In this document: in pieces, positions 8,649 to 17,526 of the stretch
Numbering within the stretch: position 1 is the first letter of the stretch
Layout: the number at the start of each line of letters is the position of its first letter
Assembly: GCA_003345555.1 (NCBI GenBank)
Contig: PRDJ01000035.1
Location: forward strand, 30,001-62,000
From: Candidatus Thorarchaeota archaeon
GTDB lineage: Archaea > Asgardarchaeota > Thorarchaeia > Thorarchaeales > Thorarchaeaceae
DNA length: 32,000 nucleotides
Direction of reading: 5' to 3'
Program-made: the position numbers and the translations under genes
The notes under the pieces: generated by a model
What the model saw: only the letters and a program-made list of their open reading frames with translations
What the model was told of the DNA's origin: nothing
Database searches by the model: none

Positions 8649-9929
8649 TCAAACCAGCGCGGCTACCGCAAAAAGATAGGCTGTCGATATTGCCAGATGG
8701 ACCAACCCGAGCGGCGTGACGGCTTTCGTGAAATCCATCCATGAAATCGGCCCACGGTTCTTCTCGGCTAAGTCCCGAAGATACATGTTAGGGGCATCTC
8801 CAAACGGGATGACATACACTGAGAAGTTCAATCCGGCAACCATTGAGATGGGCACTATTCTGTTCAACGATGCGAACTCCACACTCATGGGCGCAAGAAA
8901 GGCTGCTATAGGGATAGTGTCAAACGCAGACATTACAAATCCGGGCAGCCATATCATCACCAAGATGGCGATGAATACGTTGTTGCCCACGACGGCAGTC
9001 ATTGCTGCCACGAGATCTGTGGAGACGCCTGTCACTTGCAGTGCTGCGACAATTCCGAATAGGCCCACAATGAAAAAGACCGTGTTCCAAGACAGCTGGT
9101 TCAACAGAACCTTAGCTCTCTGGAACGAAATCACCAGCAGTCCTCCGGCAACAACGAGAGCCACGGTCACAGACTCTGTAGGGACGAGTACCAGTCCTGT
9201 TATCAGTACTGCAAGCGCAATAGCTGAGACAAAAAAGTCGAGTCTCGAGCGTATCATGAGTCTTGGCTCTATATCAAAGAGATGGCTGGCTGCAGCGCCT
9301 GGAAGCTGTGCGAAGACCTGTCGGTAGTACCTGAGGAAGTACCAAATTGTCACTCCCAGAAGAAGTAATGACAATGGGAACAGAGTGACGAACATGAGGC
9401 CGATGTTCATTTCGGTGAGGGACACGACAATCATGTTTGGAATTGATCCTATCGGACTTGGTATGGAGGCAGAGTTAGCTACAACAGCCTCTGAGAGCAA
9501 GTATGGTCTGAAATCGATTCCAAGGGAGTTGCATACTTCCGCGGTGAAGGCACCTATTATCAAAATGGTCGGCAGGGGTTGCAGCACGAGCGATACTACA
9601 AATACAAACCCCATGAGAACCATGAATAATCTCCTTGGCTCCCCTCGGGTCCAGCGAGCAAGAACGAGGGCCATATACTGAAACATGCCCGAAGAACCTA
9701 GGACGGATATGATGATCATCATCGCCGCTATGAAAAGAACGGTGTCCCAGTAGATACTACCTAGCATGGCTGTGAAAGCTATGTTGTTGAAGGTATAAAG
9801 CACCAGAGCACATAGTCCCAACGAGAAAAGTGCAACAGCTGTTTCATCAAGTCTGCCAAGCAGTATGACCAGTAAAGTCCCGACGAATATAATCAGGCAG
9901 ATTATCCCGGCTATGTCCATGTCAATCAC
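8649..9929 (-). CDS. ArsB/NhaD-like anion permease, paralog 2 (tandem duplicate)
   Basis: Colinear with 7146-8420 over the full length, with shared blocks SSGMFQY, GIDFRP, PIGSIPN, MI(R/K)SR.DF and IPFGDAPNMY. Confidence 0.85.
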   Translation of the reverse strand: MIDMDIAGIICLIIFVGTLLVILLGRLDETAVALFSLGLCALVLYTFNNIAFTAMLGSIYWDTVLFIAAMMIIISVLGSSGMFQYMALVLARWTRGEPRRLFMVLMGFVFVVSLVLQPLPTILIIGAFTAEVCNSLGIDFRPYLLSEAVVANSASIPSPIGSIPNMIVVSLTEMNIGLMFVTLFPLSLLLLGVTIWYFLRYYRQVFAQLPGAAASHLFDIEPRLMIRSRLDFFVSAIALAVLITGLVLVPTESVTVALVVAGGLLVISFQRAKVLLNQLSWNTVFFIVGLFGIVAALQVTGVSTDLVAAMTAVVGNNVFIAILVMIWLPGFVMSAFDTIPIAAFLAPMSVEFASLNRIVPISMVAGLNFSVYVIPFGDAPNMYLRDLAEKNRGPISWMDFTKAVTPLGLVHLAISTAYLFAVAALV

Positions 9930-10041
9930 GTTTCAACTCGTGGTACTACGGAGAGCTGTTTGTGGCTGGAGCCGTCAGGAAGTAATCGCAATAAATAAGT
10001 GTCGCGTCTAGCCTCTGCTGAAAAGACCGGTCGCTGATCGT

Positions 10042-11151
10042 ATGGACTCGAGAATCGAACATCATGCCCGAATTCTTGTAGAATGGAGCACTGAAGTGAA
10101 GAAGGGTGATATGGTCATCATCAGTGCCTCCCCTGAAGCTCACGAATTGGCTGTCGCAGTTACAAAGGAAGTGGCAAGAGCTGGTGGGAGTCCGTTTACA
10201 GTCATGGCGAGTGAGGAGATTACCCGTGCTTTCTATGACGGGGCGGCCGAAGACACGATAGCTTTGTACCCGAAGCATCAGGAATCGCTTATCCAAGCAT
10301 GCGATGTATTTATCGCACTTAGCGCCCCAGTGAACACACGGGCACTCGCGAATATTGACTCGAAGAGAATCATCGCTCTCAGCAGAACAGTCCAGAAGAT
10401 CACGGACCTGAGGCTATCGAAACGCTGGTGCCTGACTGTGCACCCTTGCAGGACACTAGCTCAGCAGGCTAACATGAGCTTGGAAGAGTATCAGAATTTC
10501 GTGTATGGCGCGACCCTGATTGATTGGAAGGCAGAAAGCAAGAATCTATACCTCATGAAGGAGCATTTCGAACAGCACAAGGATGTCAGATTCGTTGGCC
10601 CGGATACGGACCTCCATGCATCAACTGAAGGACGAATTTGGGTCGCCTCAGATGGCAAACACAACATGCCGAGCGGGGAGGTATTCACTGCACCAGTCGA
10701 GACCACTGTCGAAGGGAAGATATTGTTCGATGTGCCTTTCCTACAGCAGGGTCGAGTCATCGAAGGAGTGAAGCTCAGATTCGAGAAGGGAGAAGCAGTT
10801 GATTTCTCGGCCGAGAAGGGGCAGGAGACTCTGAAGTCTATACTGGATACGGATGCAGGTTCCAGACGACTCGGCGAGATTGCAATAGGTACGAATCGTG
10901 GCATCAAGCAGTACACTCTCAACATGCTGTTCGACGAGAAAATGGGCAACACAGTTCACTGCGCCTTGGGTAACAGCTACAAAGAAAACAACGGCACCAA
11001 TCGGAGCGCGGTTCACGTAGACATGATCAAGACCATGGTCAATGGTGAGGTCATAGCAGGTGATGAGGTAATCTACTCTAAGGGCAAGTACTTCTTCGAG
11101 ACTCAGGCGCCTGGAAGGCCTTCGATTGGCAAGAAAACACAGAGAAAGTAA
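10042..11151 (+). CDS. M29 (thermophilic metalloprotease, AmpS/PepS-like) aminopeptidase
   Basis: HNMPSGEVFTAP, LGEIAIG, LFDEKMGNTVHCALG and SAVHVDM metal-binding motifs. Confidence 0.92.
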   Translation: MDSRIEHHARILVEWSTEVKKGDMVIISASPEAHELAVAVTKEVARAGGSPFTVMASEEITRAFYDGAAEDTIALYPKHQESLIQACDVFIALSAPVNTRALANIDSKRIIALSRTVQKITDLRLSKRWCLTVHPCRTLAQQANMSLEEYQNFVYGATLIDWKAESKNLYLMKEHFEQHKDVRFVGPDTDLHASTEGRIWVASDGKHNMPSGEVFTAPVETTVEGKILFDVPFLQQGRVIEGVKLRFEKGEAVDFSAEKGQETLKSILDTDAGSRRLGEIAIGTNRGIKQYTLNMLFDEKMGNTVHCALGNSYKENNGTNRSAVHVDMIKTMVNGEVIAGDEVIYSKGKYFFETQAPGRPSIGKKTQRK

Positions 11152-11270
11152 GTCTGCCAATCATCTGCGGCATCAGCAAAGGAACTCCAAAAGGGGCGTG
11201 CTTTCGGTATCGCTGCTTCTTCTGTAATGCATTTAGGGCAGTGACAAACGTGAGATGCTAGGGTAATAAC

Positions 11271-11702
11271 GTGTCAGCCCAGAAGGATCGTCTGGTTCAC
11301 TTGATTAAGGATGCAAATCTCAGCTCAATCGAAGTCATGAGTGAAGAGCTTGGTGTGAACCAAGAAGAAGTCAGAATGATGTTGCATGAGCTCCTCGAAC
11401 AAGGAGTGCTGAGGGGTCGAATAACTGAAGATGGAATAAGGTTCTTCCAAGATGGCCTGAGAGTCTCGGAACAGCCTTCCGTGTCAGTGAAGGAGAAGGA
11501 ACCACGGTTACTTAAATACAGTACGAAGCCGGGCCGCTACGTGGCAGAGGCAGGTCTCGCAGTTGTCGTGATTTCATATCTGAGTATAGTCATATTCCAT
11601 GGGAATATAGACGTGGAGAACATCGCCGTCGGCATGATACTTGTGGGCCTTCTCTTATTGGCAGCTGGCTGCTATTACGTTGGTCGTCGCAAGACTGTCT
11701 GA
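11271..11702 (+). CDS. Winged-helix (PCI-like) protein with two C-terminal TM helices
   Basis: GTG start; N-terminal SIEVMSEELGVNQEEVRMMLHELLEQGVLRGRI helix-turn-helix-wing pattern; two hydrophobic segments and a basic tail (GRRKTV). Confidence 0.65.
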   Translation: MSAQKDRLVHLIKDANLSSIEVMSEELGVNQEEVRMMLHELLEQGVLRGRITEDGIRFFQDGLRVSEQPSVSVKEKEPRLLKYSTKPGRYVAEAGLAVVVISYLSIVIFHGNIDVENIAVGMILVGLLLLAAGCYYVGRRKTV

Positions 11703-11774
11703 TGTGAAATCGTAAGCACTCACAGCTCGCCTTAAGTACGGGTCGACCGAACCAGACTCTGGACGCGACAAAGA

Positions 11775-12737
11775 ATGGACATCCTCCTTCAAGCTCTCTT
11801 GCTTATCGTGTTTGCAGTTGGAGTGGGAACACTGGCCTCGATGCTCGGTATAGGCGGCGGAATAATCCTGATGCCTCTCTTGGTTATCGTATTTGGTTTT
11901 TCTGCTAGACTGGCACCTGCCACGACGCTCGTCGCCGCTCTCTTTGCCGCGATAGCTGGTTCCTATGCGTACCTACGGCAGAAGCCGAGTCCCGTAATCG
12001 TAAAGGCCGGGCTCTTCTTGGCAGCGACCAGTGTTCCAGGTTCGCTCGTTGGCGTATGGCTACGACTGATAATTCCGACTGACTTCATTCTAAGGTTAGT
12101 CTTTGCTGTAGTTCTTCTCCCGATCGCAATCAGGATGCTCTTTGCCAAGAGGAAGGGCAAAGGAGACTTGGCCTCAGAGGTCGGTTCGTTCGGATTCTCT
12201 CAGGTTTCCCATCGAAGACTCCTCTCTTCTCTTGCAGGCTCATTCAGTGCAGGCACTCTGTCGGGTTTGTTAGGGATAGGAGGGGGCATACTGATGGTTC
12301 CAGTCTTCAACATGATGATGGGACTCCCGATGCACGCGGCAGTAGCCACCTCAATGCTCACGATGATCTTCACTGCCACATCAGGTACGATGCTCAACTT
12401 CCTGACAAGCGAAATCGACTTCTTCTACAGCCTTACTTTGAGCATAGGCATGGTCATTGGAGCCCAGATAGGCCCGAAGCTCATTTGTCACGTGAACGCC
12501 ATTCGTCTCAAGCAGGCTTTTGGTGTTGTATTGGTCTACCCGCTAGTCAACATGGCACAACTTGGCAAGATGATGTTGGACCCTTCAGGCACAAATCCTA
12601 TCATGGCTACGATTGGCGACCTCATCATCTGGTTCTTGATAGTAGTACCGGCCATCTTTGTGAAAGTAGTGGAGTCGCGAAGAGCAAGAACCCTTGAGAC
12701 TCCGTCTGAGAAGTGCGAGGTGCCGACTTCGGAATAG
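11775..12737 (+). CDS. TSUP / TauE-SafE family sulfite exporter-like transporter
   Basis: Duplicated LGIGGG motif (SMLGIGGGII and GLLGIGGGIL), AVATS motif, ~9 TM. Confidence 0.9.
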   Translation: MDILLQALLLIVFAVGVGTLASMLGIGGGIILMPLLVIVFGFSARLAPATTLVAALFAAIAGSYAYLRQKPSPVIVKAGLFLAATSVPGSLVGVWLRLIIPTDFILRLVFAVVLLPIAIRMLFAKRKGKGDLASEVGSFGFSQVSHRRLLSSLAGSFSAGTLSGLLGIGGGILMVPVFNMMMGLPMHAAVATSMLTMIFTATSGTMLNFLTSEIDFFYSLTLSIGMVIGAQIGPKLICHVNAIRLKQAFGVVLVYPLVNMAQLGKMMLDPSGTNPIMATIGDLIIWFLIVVPAIFVKVVESRRARTLETPSEKCEVPTSE

Positions 12738-12856
12738 CGCCGCCTTCTGAAATCCTTCTCTAGCCTTCACCAGAACGTTAGCTTGCCCTAGCAGCTTGAC
12801 CTAAGAGCATGCGGCCTAAGCAATCGGCCAAGCTTCAACGCGTTTCCTTTCGGACT

Positions 12857-13348
12857 ATGGCTGAAACCACAACTGGGAGACAATCGATGATGAAGATAGC
12901 CCGTGCAACAAAGAGACAAGCAGATTGGGTAGTCAGACACCGCATAGAGATGTTCAGGTCTATGGGCTGGAGTGAAGATGAGCTTGAGAAGACTGAACCT
13001 ATTGTCCGAGAGTTCTTTGCTATGGCTCCCAATAATGACATCGACTGCTATCTCGTCACGGAGGAAGGCAAGATCGTGGGCGGTTGTGCCGTATCTATCC
13101 TGAGAATGCTTCCTTCATACAAGAACCGAACCGGCTTGCAGGCCTATCTGCACAATATGTATGTTGAGCCCGACTACAGGGGAAAAGGAATCGCTACAGC
13201 TCTTCTTGAGTTCATTCTCGACACTTACACGAAGAGAGGAATCCGCAGGTTCACGCTGCATGCTTCTGAAATGGGAAGGCCGCTATACGAGCACATGGGT
13301 TTCGAGAAATCAGACAACTACTACTCTAAGTCAATCCAAGATACATGA
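12857..13348 (+). CDS. GNAT family N-acetyltransferase
   Basis: AYLHNMYVEPDYRGKGIATALL (motif A) and LHASEMGRPLYEHMGF (motif B). Start uncertain among 12809, 12857 and 12887. Confidence 0.9.
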   Translation: MAETTTGRQSMMKIARATKRQADWVVRHRIEMFRSMGWSEDELEKTEPIVREFFAMAPNNDIDCYLVTEEGKIVGGCAVSILRMLPSYKNRTGLQAYLHNMYVEPDYRGKGIATALLEFILDTYTKRGIRRFTLHASEMGRPLYEHMGFEKSDNYYSKSIQDT

Positions 13349-13393
13349 CCAACCAGACTGAGGTTGGGATTTCACTGCAAGTAGGCAGAATGC

Positions 13394-14674
13394 TCAGTTG
13401 ACCTTCTCCCAAGCAGTAAAGACCTGACCCCGCCCAGATTCAGTAGTGCCCAGTATCTTCTCAATATCCTCCAGCTGCTGGCAGGTACCTGTGTCCATGA
13501 TCGTTTCAACCATAGACGCCATTTCGGCACCGACATGAAGCCTCTCCTGAAGTGTTCCTTCTTTCCTCAGTAGTGTTAGCTCATCCACTCCTTGTTCAAT
13601 CGTTGCGGCAAGTTCTTGGTAACGTCTGCTCTTGTACCAAGGAAGACCGAGAGCGTACATCTGGTAGAAAATCATGTCTAGCACAACTCCCAGAACCTTG
13701 TTGTTAGAATCATGCTCACCCGGCATCTTGTGCCTAATTGACCTGTCTCTGAGACCTATCTCTCTGCAAATCTGATGCCCCCGAATCATCACGCTTACTG
13801 GTTTCTGGGTGTAGTCCGGGCGTCCGTACTTGTCATTGTTCAGGTAGATCCTTGCAAGGAGGTCATGTTGTTCAGGGAAGTGTCTCTTGACGACGTTGAG
13901 AAAGTATTCCTTCTGTCGTCCGGGTTTCAATGTGAGCCCTCCGAATACGATGGACTCTGCCCCGGCTTGCTTTGCTTCTTTTACGAGTCCAGTGATGTTC
14001 TCGTAAGTATCGCCGATGCCCGGGATGAGTGGCACTGCCATCACTCCCCCGAATAGTCCTGCCTTTCTGACTTCCTTGAGTGCTTCGAATCTCTCGGATG
14101 TAGAGGCAGACTTGGGTTCGAATACTTGCTTTGTGCGTTCCTCATACAACGTGATTGTGAACGTCACGTTCGCAAAGGACTGTTTATGGATCTCCTTCAG
14201 AATATCAAGGTCTCGGAGAACCAGGTCCGATTTTGTCAGAACAAAGACAGGCATACCGAAATCTCGTAGAACCTCGAGGTTCTTCCGTGTCACTTCGTAC
14301 TGCTTCTCAGCTGGTTGGTATCCGTCAGAGACTCCCCCACAGACACCGATGACCTGTTTCCTCGGTCCCTGCCGTGCAAGTTTAGCCGCATCATCTTCGT
14401 CGAGAAACGACAATAGAGACTCCGAGCTCAACTCCGATTGAGGGGCAAAGCCATCTTTCTTCAGCTCGCGTTTGAGTACGTCGGGAGCGTTTTCCTTAAT
14501 GCGGACACAGGTGAAGAAATCATCGACGTGATATCCCTCAGACATACCATCACAGTAGACGCAACCGTGTTCACATCCTCTGTAGGCATTGAGAGAGCGG
14601 TTCACATGGAACCAGCTGTCCGCTACAATGAGTTTGGAAAGAAGTGACTTTGCCCTAATACATTGATACTCCAT
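13394..14674 (-). CDS. Radical SAM protein, spore photoproduct lyase-like (SplB/Rv2578c-type), with C-terminal helical extension
   Basis: NAYRGCEHGCVYC (CxxxCxxC), SDGYQPAE, LTKSDLVLRDLD, FEPKSASTSERF and PLIPGIGD are typical of the SPL-like family. Confidence 0.88.
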   Translation of the reverse strand: MEYQCIRAKSLLSKLIVADSWFHVNRSLNAYRGCEHGCVYCDGMSEGYHVDDFFTCVRIKENAPDVLKRELKKDGFAPQSELSSESLLSFLDEDDAAKLARQGPRKQVIGVCGGVSDGYQPAEKQYEVTRKNLEVLRDFGMPVFVLTKSDLVLRDLDILKEIHKQSFANVTFTITLYEERTKQVFEPKSASTSERFEALKEVRKAGLFGGVMAVPLIPGIGDTYENITGLVKEAKQAGAESIVFGGLTLKPGRQKEYFLNVVKRHFPEQHDLLARIYLNNDKYGRPDYTQKPVSVMIRGHQICREIGLRDRSIRHKMPGEHDSNNKVLGVVLDMIFYQMYALGLPWYKSRRYQELAATIEQGVDELTLLRKEGTLQERLHVGAEMASMVETIMDTGTCQQLEDIEKILGTTESGRGQVFTAWEKVN

Positions 14675-14859
14675 TCTGCGAACAGCCCCGCTTGCAGTTA
14701 CCCAAGGATTGCTTGATGACTCATATAGTGTTCTTGGCTCTTAAATCGAGCTTTCAGATATGCGAAGGATGCATGAAGAGACCCACAATTAACGCGAACG
14801 GATTCTGCATCTAGGTAGCTTTTTCTTCTTGACGTATCTGTCTCAATCTGGGTGCGTTC

Positions 14860-15465
14860 TTGAAGACCGACCTGAAGAAACAGTTCAAGGATCTGTACTT
14901 ACCCTCTGCCAAGAAGCCATCCATCGTTGATGTGCCCTCGTTCAACTTTGTCATGATTGATGGCGCTGGAGATCCGAACACGTCTAAGGAATACCAAGCA
15001 GCATTGGAGGCTCTGTACGGAGTATCATTCACTGTGAAGTTCATGCTCAAGAAGGAGGTTGGGGCCGATTTCGCAGTGATGCCTTTGGAAGGTCAATGGT
15101 GGACACCTGGGCAGGCTACAATCGATTTGAGCAACAAGAGCAAATGGCAATGGACCTCGATGATTCTTCAACCAGAACCTGTGACCAAGATCTGGATAGG
15201 GAAGGCTATTGAAGAGCTGCGCAAGAAAAGGAACCCTTCTGCCCTTTCGAAGGTGCGATTCGAGACCTTCCACGAGGGCCTCTCAGTCCAAATCATGTAT
15301 GTCGGTCCGTACGCTGCGGAGGGTCCGACAATAGAGAACCTTCACACATTCGCGAAGGAGTCCGCCTACAGACTTCGCGGCAAGCACCACGAAATCTACC
15401 TTAGTGACCCTCGAAGGACAGCACCGGAGAAACTCAAGACAGTCATTCGACAACCTGTTGAATAG
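14860..15465 (+). CDS. GyrI-like small-molecule binding domain protein
   Basis: DLKKQFKDLY, IDGAGDPN, VMPLEGQWW, QIMYVGPYAAE and KHHEIYLSDPRRTAPEKLKTVIRQP are typical of this family. TTG start. Confidence 0.88.
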   Translation: MKTDLKKQFKDLYLPSAKKPSIVDVPSFNFVMIDGAGDPNTSKEYQAALEALYGVSFTVKFMLKKEVGADFAVMPLEGQWWTPGQATIDLSNKSKWQWTSMILQPEPVTKIWIGKAIEELRKKRNPSALSKVRFETFHEGLSVQIMYVGPYAAEGPTIENLHTFAKESAYRLRGKHHEIYLSDPRRTAPEKLKTVIRQPVE

Positions 15466-15484
15466 GACGAACATCAATCGTTAT

Positions 15485-16327
15485 ATGTCGGACCTTCCTC
15501 ATGTCTGCTCCAACGATTCTGAGAAGGTGCTACTCAACGTGACGAAGTATAATCTGAGCGGAAAAGCTGCGATCGTGACGGGAGCTTCGCGCGGTCTCGG
15601 TGAGCAGTTCGTCAGAGCCCTTGCTGAGTCAGGGGCGAATGTTGTTCTTGCTGCTCGAACCCTCGACAAGATGCAGAGAATAGCTGACGAGGTATCTCGT
15701 GCTCATGGTGTTAAGGCAATACCAATTGCCACCGATGTAACCAAAGAATCTGACGTCATCAAGATGGTGGACACTGCTGTCAAGAAACTCGGCACCGTGG
15801 ATATTCTGGTCAATAACGCGGGAGTATACGTTTTCAAACCCCTGATTGAGCAGACTCTCGCTGATTGGAACCAAGTCATGAATGTCTGTTTGACGTCGGC
15901 CTTTCTGGCATCAAGAGAGGCTGCGAAGGTAATGATTCCGAAGAAATCGGGCTGCATTATCAACATCTCATCCACTTTCGGACTTGGTGCAACGGAATTC
16001 ACAGAAGTGGGTTACTACGCTTCGAAAGGCGGAGTGATAGCAATGACAAAGGCCCTCGCAGTGGAACTTGGCAAGTACGGTATTCGTGTCAATGCCATTG
16101 CGCCTGGATTCTTTCCAACTGAGATGTCCATCAATGCTCTCACAGACAAGAAGCTTCGAGAGACCTACATCGAACCCAGGACCGCGCTGTTCGATACAAA
16201 GACCGGTGGCCGTCTGATGGCCCAGAACGAGTGGATTCGGGGTGCAGTCTGTTTCTTGGCAAGCGATGATGCGAAGTATATAACAGGTCACACGCTCGCA
16301 GTGGATGGCGGCTGGTTGGCGTACTAG
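15485..16327 (+). CDS. Short-chain dehydrogenase/reductase (gluconate 5-dehydrogenase/FabG-like)
   Basis: TGASRGLG Rossmann motif, LVNNAG, NISS, YYASK catalytic motif, VNAIAPG, VDGG. Start uncertain (15485 ATG or a nearby GTG); 15404 would overlap the upstream gene. Confidence 0.92.
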   Translation: MSDLPHVCSNDSEKVLLNVTKYNLSGKAAIVTGASRGLGEQFVRALAESGANVVLAARTLDKMQRIADEVSRAHGVKAIPIATDVTKESDVIKMVDTAVKKLGTVDILVNNAGVYVFKPLIEQTLADWNQVMNVCLTSAFLASREAAKVMIPKKSGCIINISSTFGLGATEFTEVGYYASKGGVIAMTKALAVELGKYGIRVNAIAPGFFPTEMSINALTDKKLRETYIEPRTALFDTKTGGRLMAQNEWIRGAVCFLASDDAKYITGHTLAVDGGWLAY

Positions 16328-16452
16328 AGATCGTCTCGGACGACAAGCGCCCGGGATTTACGCTTCATTTCCCCGGGTATTGTTCGGCCTTAACAGTCTT
16401 GAAATAGGTATGACGAGAAGCTCAAGAATAGTCTCCTACTGGAGGCGCAAGC

Positions 16453-17379
16453 ATGCGAGCAATACCGTTTATCCAAACCAGTGTCTTTGTGGACGAGAGG
16501 TACTCCTTCAGCGGCAATCAGCTGGCCACATTTTGGGATCATATCCTGAATTCGCGTCTCACTGATGAGGAAATGCAGGGTATTGCTTTGGAGATGCAGC
16601 ATTCAGAGACGACGTTCACTCTTGCTCCCACTCTCGCAAATTGCTCTTCGAAGGTGCGAATCTTTACACCGGGAATGGAGATACCCTTTGCTGGACATCC
16701 AACTCTTGGCACAGCATACGTGCTGAGATACAAGCGACTCGTGAGTCCTACTGACAGCGAAGTGCAGCTCGAACTCGGGGTCGGACCAATAAAGGTGCGG
16801 TACCTTTCAGAAGATGCTATTCAGATGGCCCAAGGTCGCCCTAAGTTCATGGAGACTTGGACACAGAAAGGTGCAGTTGCAGACGCGATTGGACTGAGAG
16901 CCGATGAGATATTAGATACATCACCAATGGAATTCGTTTCGACTGGTGCGCCGTTTCTGATTGTCCCCGTCAAGTCACTCATTGCTATTCAGCGGGCAAG
17001 TCCAAATGCTCCGACCCTACTGAAAGTGCTCAGCGGACAACCGTCCCAAGACGTCGTTCTCTTCAGTACCGAGCACATCAACGCCGACTCGAATGTCCAT
17101 GTCAGGATGTTTGGTCCGGGCGTGGGAGTCCTTGAAGATCCTGCCACGGGCAGTGCAGCTGGTCCGCTGGGCGCATATCTGAAAATGCACGACATCTTGC
17201 CCGAAACCGGGTCAAAGGACAAGATAGTCATCGAACAGGGGTATGAGATTCGTAGACCCAGCAGACTTGAGGTAACTACATCAGGTGGTAAGTCTCCGCG
17301 TGAAGTCTATGTGTCCGGCAAGGTCAGACTTGTCGCCGAGGGGCGTCTGTACGTAAGGACAGAAGACAAACGCAGCTAG
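16453..17379 (+). CDS. PhzF family isomerase/epimerase
   Basis: FSGNQLA, SETTF, RIFTP..EIPFAGHPTLG, EDPATGSAAGPLG and EQG motifs. Confidence 0.92.
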   Translation: MRAIPFIQTSVFVDERYSFSGNQLATFWDHILNSRLTDEEMQGIALEMQHSETTFTLAPTLANCSSKVRIFTPGMEIPFAGHPTLGTAYVLRYKRLVSPTDSEVQLELGVGPIKVRYLSEDAIQMAQGRPKFMETWTQKGAVADAIGLRADEILDTSPMEFVSTGAPFLIVPVKSLIAIQRASPNAPTLLKVLSGQPSQDVVLFSTEHINADSNVHVRMFGPGVGVLEDPATGSAAGPLGAYLKMHDILPETGSKDKIVIEQGYEIRRPSRLEVTTSGGKSPREVYVSGKVRLVAEGRLYVRTEDKRS

Positions 17380-17526
17380 TCCTTCTTGGACGGCACAACA
17401 TCATGCCATGTTTCACTGCCCTTAAGAGAAGGTAGACTTGCGTCAACGACCTATCATTCTAGGAGATTTGATCTCATCAGCGAACAATCCGTTCCGCAGA
17501 CGCGGGCAGGAGAACATCAGAAGTCG

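Noticed and set aside
7146-9929. Calling the permeases arsB arsenite pumps
   Set aside because: Motifs support only the ArsB/NhaD superfamily. No arsC or arsR is adjacent, so the substrate cannot be assigned.
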